Below, piece after piece: positions 1 through 6,442 of a stretch of DNA of 17,719 nt; position 1 is the first letter of the stretch; each line of letters starts with the position of its first letter. Below the pieces are notes generated by a model, which worked only from the letters and a program-made list of their open reading frames with translations, was not told the DNA's origin and did no database searches. The DNA is from an uncultured Janthinobacterium sp. (GTDB lineage: Bacteria; Vulcanimicrobiota; Vulcanimicrobiia; Vulcanimicrobiales; Vulcanimicrobiaceae). The translations under genes were made by a program, and so were the position numbers. Location: assembly GCA_964658025.1 (NCBI GenBank), contig CAZZXB010000059.1:1-17719 (forward strand), read 5' to 3'.

Positions 1-142
1 AAATTGAGACGCATCCGCAACGCCGTTCGGGATTTCCGTCGAACGCGTGCCATTGCGGACGAACGTTAGTTCGCGCCGCCCGTCCCACCTGTCCGCGGGA
101 GAGGGCCGCGCGGACGAAACGCCGCACGGCCCGCCGTCGCGC

Positions 143-1597
143 TCAGTGAATAGCGACGCCGGCCGGACTCGAGAGTCCGGAGATGCTCGGCGCGATCTGC
201 GTGCCGGCCGCATCGTACGTCGTCACGACGTTCGTCTTGTACTGCGCGACGTAGATCGTGCCTGTCGGGCCGATCGCGACCGCGCCTGGTTGGTAGAGCC
301 CGCCGATCGTCGGCGTCTCTGCGACGCCGGTCGGCGAGAACGTCTTGATAGAAGCCGTCCCGGGCGTCCCCGTGCCGGAGTCGGCGACGTAGATCTTGCC
401 GGCCGTATCGACGTTGACGGCGAGCGGTCCGTTGAGACCCGAGATCGTCGGCGTGGTCGGCGTGCCGTTCGCGAGGTACGTCGTGATCGTCCCGGCATTC
501 GCGTTCGCGACGTAGATCTTGCCGCTCGTATCGACCGCGACGCCGTCGGTCCCGCTTCCGGCCGCGATCGTCGGCGTCGTCGCCGCACCGTTCGCGCCGA
601 ACGTCGTGATCGCGCCGCTCCCGTAATTCGCGACGTAAATCTTGCCGGCGCGATCGATCGCGACCGCGATCGGTTGGTTCAATCCCGAAATCGTCGGGCT
701 CGTTTCGACGCCCGCGGCCGTATACGTCGTGATCGTATTCCCGCCGTAGTTCACGGAATAGATTTTTCCGGTCGCGTCGACTTCGACGCCCTGCGGATCG
801 TTGACGTCGGCGGTGATGGCCGGCGCCGCGACGGCTCCGGCGGTCGTATAGGTGAGGATCGCGTTCGTCCCGCTGTTCGCGATATAGATTTTCGCCGCAG
901 TCGACGTCGGGGCGACGCTCGGCGACGTGGTCGGCGCGATCGTCGGCGGTCCGCTCGGCGCGATCGTCGGCATCGGTCCGGGGACGGGCGTGCCCGCCCC
1001 GCTGACGATCTCCGTGAGGTAGACGTCGCCGACCGTCGGTAAGAACGGCACGTTCGGCACGTCGAAATCGACGTGGTTCCCACCTCCGACCGCGATCGTG
1101 CTCTGCACCGTGAGCGACCAGATCTCTTTCCCCGTCGTCGTGTCGAACGTCTCCGCCGTATACGCTCCGACCGGGTCTCCGGACGCGAGGACGTACGAGA
1201 CGAGCGGCCACGTCGGCGCGCTGATGCCGGCCGCCGAGAATACCTCGGTGAACGACACGAGCGTCACGAGACCCGACGCGTCGACGCGGCGGCGATGCGA
1301 CGTCGGCGTCGGCGCGTCGGGCGCGGCACCGAGGAACGATTGCAGTCTCACCGTGGCCGCCGTCGGAAGCCTGGTCGTTGCCGGAAACGTGAGCGTTCCG
1401 GCGTAGCCGCCGATCGCGGGGATCGCGAGCGGCGTGCTCGCCACGAGGTTCTCCGTGACGACCGCGCTTGCGGGAGACGCGGTCGGTGTCGGTGTCGGTG
1501 TCGGACCTTGCGGACTCAGCGTCGACGAGCCGCCGCCGCAAGCGACGACCGAAACGGCACAAGCGAGAAAAAGAGCTCTACCTAGTAGCGCGTGCAT
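143..1597 (-). CDS. Putative lipoprotein with C-terminal NHL-repeat (six-bladed beta-propeller) domain, 484 aa
   Basis: Signal peptide with lipobox-like VVA-C followed by GGGSS and a PT-rich linker; an unknown middle domain; a second P/T/S linker; then six ~41-aa repeats (KIYVAN...ITTY...G...PTI.GL..P..VAVD..G). GAAGG lies upstream of the ATG. Confidence 0.85.
   Translation of the reverse strand: MHALLGRALFLACAVSVVACGGGSSTLSPQGPTPTPTPTASPASAVVTENLVASTPLAIPAIGGYAGTLTFPATTRLPTAATVRLQSFLGAAPDAPTPTSHRRRVDASGLVTLVSFTEVFSAAGISAPTWPLVSYVLASGDPVGAYTAETFDTTTGKEIWSLTVQSTIAVGGGNHVDFDVPNVPFLPTVGDVYLTEIVSGAGTPVPGPMPTIAPSGPPTIAPTTSPSVAPTSTAAKIYIANSGTNAILTYTTAGAVAAPAITADVNDPQGVEVDATGKIYSVNYGGNTITTYTAAGVETSPTISGLNQPIAVAIDRAGKIYVANYGSGAITTFGANGAATTPTIAAGSGTDGVAVDTSGKIYVANANAGTITTYLANGTPTTPTISGLNGPLAVNVDTAGKIYVADSGTGTPGTASIKTFSPTGVAETPTIGGLYQPGAVAIGPTGTIYVAQYKTNVVTTYDAAGTQIAPSISGLSSPAGVAIH
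146..892 (-). repeat. Six tandem NHL-like coding repeats (~123 nt each)
   Basis: Recurrent KIYIAN/KIYSVN/KIYVAN/KIYVAN/KIYVAD/TIYVAQ units, each ending in P.(G/A)V.(V/I)D-like strands; the last ends SPAGVAIH at the C-terminus. Confidence 0.85.
1481..1504 (-). repeat. Short hexamer tandem repeat (CGGTGT)n encoding a PTPTPTPT linker
   Basis: ggtcggtgtcggtgtcggtgtcgg on the + strand, in frame within the lipoprotein N-terminal linker. Confidence 0.7.
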
Positions 1598-1826
1598 GGT
1601 ACCGCCTTCGAGGATCGCGCGAGGAACGTGCGCTCATCGTAGGGTACGGCCGCGCGCCACAACATGTGGGGAAACCCTCCGCGTTCCTTGGCCGTGCGTC
1701 TCCGCGTCGAGGAGGACGTGGGCGGCTTGCCCGCACGGCGGGGATTTCGACGCGACCCGCGCCTTCACGGATTCGCTTGCGTTGGGGCGCCCGACCACGG
1801 GCGGCCCCGCCGCGGACCCCGGGACG

Positions 1827-2348
1827 TTACGCCGGGCGCGCGTCCAAGACGTTACGAACTTCGCCGACGTCGCTACCGTCGGCGTGTACGGAGACGACGA
1901 TGTGGCCGGCGGCGACGTCCTGGTCGACGCGCTTCGCGTCCGCTTCGGGCATACCGGCGCCGATAAGGCCGCCGATGACGCTTCCGGCCGCCGCTCCGGC
2001 ACCGCCGGCGGCGAGCGCCGCGGCGAGCGGTCCCGCGATGAACGGTGCGGCGACGCCGCCGGTCGCGACCGTCAGGCCGACGGCACCGGTACCTACGACC
2101 GCCGCGACGAGCGCGCCGAGCGTGCCGCCGATCATCCCGCCGCCCGCGGCACCTTTCGCCATCGACGCACCGCGGTCGGTCGCGCCCTCATGCGTGACGG
2201 CTCCGTCGTGCCCGAAATCGCGCGTGCGCGTTTCCTCGTTCATGACGACGGATACCGCGTCGCGCGCGTACCCGAGCGCGGCGAGTCGATCGACCGCGGC
2301 CTCCGCCGTCGCTCGCTCGTGAAATGAACCGATGACCCACTGTTTCAT
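1827..2348 (-). CDS. General stress protein-like (YflT/17M-type) membrane protein, 173 aa
   Basis: N-terminal VIGSF.ERATAEAAVDRL..LGY..DAVSVV, Gly/Ala-rich hydrophobic hairpin (GGMIGGTLGALVAA...GGLIGAGMPE) and C-terminal G.IVVSVHA. SD GAGGAG lies 5 nt upstream of the ATG. Confidence 0.8.
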   Translation of the reverse strand: MKQWVIGSFHERATAEAAVDRLAALGYARDAVSVVMNEETRTRDFGHDGAVTHEGATDRGASMAKGAAGGGMIGGTLGALVAAVVGTGAVGLTVATGGVAAPFIAGPLAAALAAGGAGAAAGSVIGGLIGAGMPEADAKRVDQDVAAGHIVVSVHADGSDVGEVRNVLDARPA

Positions 2349-2397
2349 GGAGACTCCTCAGATCGCTCCGATCGCTCGGATCGAAGAACGATAAGCG

Positions 2398-2422
2398 TTA
2401 CCCAATCGACAAACGTCGAAGC
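2398..2422 (-). promoter_or_regulatory. Putative SigB/SigF-type general stress promoter
   Basis: Minus strand reads GCTT-N15-GGGTAA about 50 nt upstream of the general stress gene, fitting the GNNT-N14-16-GGGTA pattern of SigB/SigF-family promoters. Confidence 0.4.
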
Positions 2423-2588
2423 GAGACGTTCCGAGGTCGCGTCGCGACGGAGCGCGGGATCGCGATCGGCGACGCCGCTTCTCGGGCGCACGGTCGCGCC
2501 GAACGCGGCGACGACGGATCGATCGCGCCGCACGCCTGCGGCACTCGGCCGCAGGCTTCGCGACCGCGTAGCGCGGAGATGGGGAAAC

Positions 2589-3662
2589 GTGGATAGCGAT
2601 ACGATCGTCGTACTCGAAGGCGACGAGACCGGCCAAGAATTACTCGTCGAGTCGCTCCGGCTGCTCGACCCGACCGTGATCGGTCTCGAGGTCAAACTCG
2701 AGCACTACGACCTCTCGCTCGGCAATCGTCGCGTGACGAAGAACGCCGTCGTGACCGAAGCCGCGCGGGCGATGAAACGTACGGGGCTCGGGCTCAAAGC
2801 GGCCACGATCACGCCCGAGATCCGCGGCGACGTCGGCTCGCCGAACGCGATCCTGCGTCGCGAGATCGACGGCAAGGTGATCGTTCGGACGGGTCGTCGG
2901 CTCCCCGGCATCAATCCGATCGCCGGAATCTACGCGCCGATCTCGATCGTCCGCATGGCCGTCGGCGACGCCTACGGCGCGACCGAGTGGCGCGAACGCA
3001 CCGACGACGACGAGGTCGCGTTCCGCACCGAGCGGATCGAGCGCAGCGTCTGCCGGGTCGTTTCGGAATACGCGTTCTTGCTCGCGCGTCGGACGAACTC
3101 GAAAGTGTTCGGCGGCCCGAAGTACACGGTGAGTCCCGTGTACGAAGGGATGCTCAAAGAAGAGATGGACGCGGCGGCCGAGCGCTATCCCGAAGTGAAA
3201 TACGAGCCGCAACTCATCGACGCGACGTACGCGCTCTTACTCTCGAGCGCCGGCGATCCGATGGTGATTCCGGCGCTCAACCGCGACGGCGATTGCCTCT
3301 CCGATCTCGTGATGCAACTGTTCGGCACGATCGCGGGCGCGGAGAGCGTGCTCCTCGCCTTCGACGAAGAACTCAAACCGAATTGCATCATGGCCGAGGC
3401 CCCGCACGGAACCGCGCCGCGCCTCTTCGGCAAGAACGTCGCGAATCCGATGGCGATGATCTTCGCCGTCGCCGCACTCCTCGCGCACGTCCACGAAAAA
3501 CGCGCCGTCGACGCCTCGCGCGCGATCTACGAATCCGTCTTCGAAACCGTCCACATGGGCACGGCCACGAGCGATCTCGGCGGCCACGCTTCCACGACCG
3601 AATTCACGGACGCCGTGATCGCGAAAGTGCGCAGCAAGCTCGACGTCTGGGCGACGTTCTAG
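2589..3662 (+). CDS. Isocitrate/isopropylmalate dehydrogenase family protein (probable isocitrate dehydrogenase), 357 aa
   Basis: Family motifs EGDETGQE, LKAATITP, SPNAILR, NRDGDCLSD, AEAPHGTAP, ANPMAMI and T.DLGG.ASTTEFTDAVI. GTG start preceded by GGAG/GGGG. Confidence 0.88.
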   Translation: MDSDTIVVLEGDETGQELLVESLRLLDPTVIGLEVKLEHYDLSLGNRRVTKNAVVTEAARAMKRTGLGLKAATITPEIRGDVGSPNAILRREIDGKVIVRTGRRLPGINPIAGIYAPISIVRMAVGDAYGATEWRERTDDDEVAFRTERIERSVCRVVSEYAFLLARRTNSKVFGGPKYTVSPVYEGMLKEEMDAAAERYPEVKYEPQLIDATYALLLSSAGDPMVIPALNRDGDCLSDLVMQLFGTIAGAESVLLAFDEELKPNCIMAEAPHGTAPRLFGKNVANPMAMIFAVAALLAHVHEKRAVDASRAIYESVFETVHMGTATSDLGGHASTTEFTDAVIAKVRSKLDVWATF

Positions 3663-3678
3663 CTCGCGCTCGCGTACG

Positions 3679-3816
3679 ATGGCGACGGAAAAGGACGCGA
3701 CGCCGGAATCGTCGGTCGAACAACCGAAACGAGTCTTCGCGCGCATTACCGAAGACACGGACATCGAAAAACTAGCGCAAGAGATCGCCGACAAAATTCT
3801 ACCTCGCGAATCCTGA
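3679..3816 (+). CDS. Small hypothetical protein, 45 aa (not in ORF track)
   Basis: ATG at 3679, 16 nt after the dehydrogenase stop, to TGA at 3814-3816: MATEKDATPESSVEQPKRVFARITEDTDIEKLAQEIADKILPRES. Composition is E/K/D-rich, unlike the Arg-rich shadow ORFs. No clear SD. Confidence 0.55.
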   Translation: MATEKDATPESSVEQPKRVFARITEDTDIEKLAQEIADKILPRES

Positions 3817-3904
3817 ACTCGGGGTATCGCGTTTTTCCGCACGCGTCATTCACGTCGACGAACCTCGGCGAATATCTATGTGGTGGAGTGCGTGCGCTAC
3901 GACA

Positions 3905-4735
3905 TTACGCCGCGATGAGCGCCACGCCCGCCGCGGCGAAGCCGACGCCGACCCACTGCAACCGGCCGAGTCGTTCGCCGAGAAACGCGCGGGCCAGGAA
4001 GACCGTCGATGCGGGATACAGCGACGTGAGGACCGCGACGATCGCGAGCATGCCGTAGTGCGTCGCGAGGACGTAGAGTACGTTCGCGCCCATGTCGAAG
4101 GCGCCGGCGAGTAAGATCAAGCGCACCGATCCCGGCGCCGGTCGGAGCGACTCGCGTCGGACGAGCGCGTAGGCGACGAGTAACGTCACCGACACCGCGC
4201 GCGCGACGGCGATCCTCGCGAGCCCGGCATCGTGATGGCCGAGGCCGAGCGCGACGTAGAGCAGGCCGATCCCGAGGCCGGAGACGAGCGCGAGCGCGAG
4301 CCCCGGTTCCGAAAGCGAGATGCGACTCGTCTCCGCATTCGCCGAGACGAGCGCGGTCGCGACGAACGCGCACGCGACGCCGACGAGCGCGAGCGTCGCG
4401 GGTCGTCCGCCGAGGGCGAAGCCGACGGCGACGGGGACGGCGGCGCCGACGACCGCGGTGATCGGCGAGACGACGCCCATCCGACCGATCGCGAGCGCCG
4501 CGTAGAGCGCCGCGATCGCGATGCCGCCCGCGCATCCCGCGAAGATGCCCCAGAGGACGTCGTCGCGCGAGAAATGACCGGGAACGAACGACCACGACGC
4601 CGCGAGCACGACGGCGCCCGCGAGTTGCGAGAGCACGACGACCGCGACGGGCGACGTCCGGCGACTCGCGAGCCCGCCGAAAAAGTCGGCCGAGCCGTAG
4701 ACGACGGCGGCCGCGAGCGCGAGAAAGATCGCCAC
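3905..4735 (-). CDS. EamA/DMT family transporter, 276 aa
   Basis: About 10 hydrophobic segments in two repeats; motifs YGSADFFGGLASRR, G.MGVVSPITA and SLYPA.TV.LA..FLGERL...Q..G. Starts 3 nt after the amidase stop. Confidence 0.9.
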   Translation of the reverse strand: MAIFLALAAAVVYGSADFFGGLASRRTSPVAVVVLSQLAGAVVLAASWSFVPGHFSRDDVLWGIFAGCAGGIAIAALYAALAIGRMGVVSPITAVVGAAVPVAVGFALGGRPATLALVGVACAFVATALVSANAETSRISLSEPGLALALVSGLGIGLLYVALGLGHHDAGLARIAVARAVSVTLLVAYALVRRESLRPAPGSVRLILLAGAFDMGANVLYVLATHYGMLAIVAVLTSLYPASTVFLARAFLGERLGRLQWVGVGFAAAGVALIAA

Positions 4736-4738
4736 GAG

Positions 4739-6139
4739 TCAGCCCGGCGTCGCGACGTTCGGGCGTTGCCGATGGAACGTCGTTCGCGCCTGATACGCGC
4801 GGCCGAGCGCGGCGAGTTTCGCTTCGGCGAATGGTCGTCCGAGAAACGCGAGTCCCGTCGGTAGACCGTGCGGACCGAACCCGTTCGGCACGCTGAGCGC
4901 CGGATATCCGGCGAGCGCGCCCGGAACGGTGAGATCGACCGCACCCGGATACTTCGGATACGCTTTGTCGAACGGCCGGTCGATCGGTAACGCGACGGTT
5001 GGGATCGTCGGCGAGACGATCGCGTCGTAACCCTCGAACGCGCGATCGAGCGCCGCGACTGCGATGCGGCGACGACGCTGCGCGTCCACGTAATCGACCG
5101 CGAGCGACGCGTAGGCGACGTAGCCGCCGATCCGGTCCGACGGCGAGCGCAGTTCGCGCGCGCGACCGCTCTCGATCAGCGCGCGGAACGCCGAGGCCGC
5201 GTCGCCGTTCAGGATCGCATCGACGATCGCGCCGAACGGTTCGTCCGGGAGTGCGACGTCGGGGACGACGTCGCAAAATTCCGCGAGCACGCGAAGCGAG
5301 CGTTCGAAGTTCTCCGCGACCGCGGGCATCGTCTTCTTCGTCGCGTTCGCGATCGCGCCGATCTTCGGTCGTTTTCGCGACGTCGGGAACGGCCGGTCGA
5401 CGGTCGTCGGATCGAGCGGATCGCGACCGGCGATCGCGCGCACCACGAGATCCGTATCGCGCGCGCTCCGCGCGAGCGGTCCGATCTTATCGAGCGACCA
5501 CGAGAGCGCCATCGCTCCGTGACGGCTCACCCGGCCGTACGTCGGACGCAAACCGCTCACGCCGCAACTCGCCGAGGGAAAGAGGATCGAACCCGCCGTC
5601 TCCGATCCGAGCGAGAACCCGACCAGACCGGCGGCCGTGGCGGCGCCCGGGCCGCTCGACGATCCGCCGCTCCAATACGCGCGGTTCCACGGCGTGAGCC
5701 CGGGCCCGGTGAACGACGCGTCCGCTTCGTTGTAGCCGAAGCCGCCGGCGAGTTCGACCATCGCGAGCTTGCCGATCAACACCGCGCCGGCCGCACCGAG
5801 TTTCGCGATCGTCGTCGCGTCGTAATCGAAGTGTTGGTCGCGATAGGGCGCCGCACCCCAGGTCGTCGGCGCGTCGCTCGTGGCGAGCAAATCCTTGACG
5901 CCGTACGGAATGCCGTGGAGCGGACCGCGTACCTTGCCCGAAGCACGCTCCGCGTCGGCGCGCCGCGCCTCGCGTCGCGCGCGTTCCGGCACGAGCGTCA
6001 CGAGCGCGTTGTAGTGCGGACCGAGACGCTCCAGACGTTCGAGGTAGAGATTCGTGAGGTCGAGCGACGAGATCGACTTCTTCGCGAGCAGACCCGCGAG
6101 GGTCGTGCAATCCGCGAACGCGAGATCCTCGTCGCTCAC
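4739..6139 (-). CDS. Amidase signature family enzyme (Ser-cisSer-Lys), 466 aa
   Basis: GPLHGIPYGVKD (catalytic Lys), GGSSSG, GSETAGSI (nucleophile Ser), GLRPTYGRVSRHG, DKIGP and GLPTG. GTG start overlaps the upstream TGA (GTGA). No signal peptide visible. Confidence 0.92.
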   Translation of the reverse strand: MSDEDLAFADCTTLAGLLAKKSISSLDLTNLYLERLERLGPHYNALVTLVPERARREARRADAERASGKVRGPLHGIPYGVKDLLATSDAPTTWGAAPYRDQHFDYDATTIAKLGAAGAVLIGKLAMVELAGGFGYNEADASFTGPGLTPWNRAYWSGGSSSGPGAATAAGLVGFSLGSETAGSILFPSASCGVSGLRPTYGRVSRHGAMALSWSLDKIGPLARSARDTDLVVRAIAGRDPLDPTTVDRPFPTSRKRPKIGAIANATKKTMPAVAENFERSLRVLAEFCDVVPDVALPDEPFGAIVDAILNGDAASAFRALIESGRARELRSPSDRIGGYVAYASLAVDYVDAQRRRRIAVAALDRAFEGYDAIVSPTIPTVALPIDRPFDKAYPKYPGAVDLTVPGALAGYPALSVPNGFGPHGLPTGLAFLGRPFAEAKLAALGRAYQARTTFHRQRPNVATPG

Positions 6140-6438
6140 GCGTCCGCCGCCGCGAACGTCGTCGCGGGCTCGTCGCCGTTACGCAACGGGGATGCGTGCG
6201 GATTGAGCGCGCGCGCTTCCTTGCGACTCGCCTCGATCGCCTTCGCGATTTTCGCGACGTCGGCGTCCGTGAGTCTCGGGTCGAAACGACGCATCGATGC
6301 CGCCGCCGCGCGCGCCGCGTCATCGTCCGCCCTCAACGCGAGAAGCGATTCGGGGACGGCCGCATCCGCCGCGCGCGGGCGTACGAGCAACGTTCCCGTG
6401 GCGCCGAGCGCCGCGAGAAATCCACGTCGATCTCCCAT
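6136..6438 (-). CDS. Small twin-arginine (Tat) signal protein, putative amidase partner subunit, 100 aa
   Basis: MGDRRGFLAALGATGTLLV...AADA gives RRxFL, an h-region and an AxA site; helical body and C-terminal LRNGDEPATTF. Starts 4 nt after the rnj stop and its stop overlaps the amidase start. Confidence 0.75.
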   Translation of the reverse strand: MGDRRGFLAALGATGTLLVRPRAADAAVPESLLALRADDDAARAAAASMRRFDPRLTDADVAKIAKAIEASRKEARALNPHASPLRNGDEPATTFAAADA

Positions 6439-6442
6439 CGTC

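Noticed and set aside
47..1585. Repetitive ORFs 47..1042 (+), 66..1562 (-) and 1073..1585 (+)
   Set aside because: Their periodicity only mirrors the NHL repeats of the real 143..1597 gene.
3817..3904. Inverted repeat cgcacgcg...tgcgtgcg between convergent genes as a bidirectional terminator
   Set aside because: Large irregular loop, and the T-tract lies on the wrong side of the stem.
4739..6139. Calling the amidase gatA
   Set aside because: No gatB nearby, the loop reads GSETAGS rather than GSDTGGSIRQPA, and the partner has a Tat signal incompatible with cytoplasmic tRNA transamidation.
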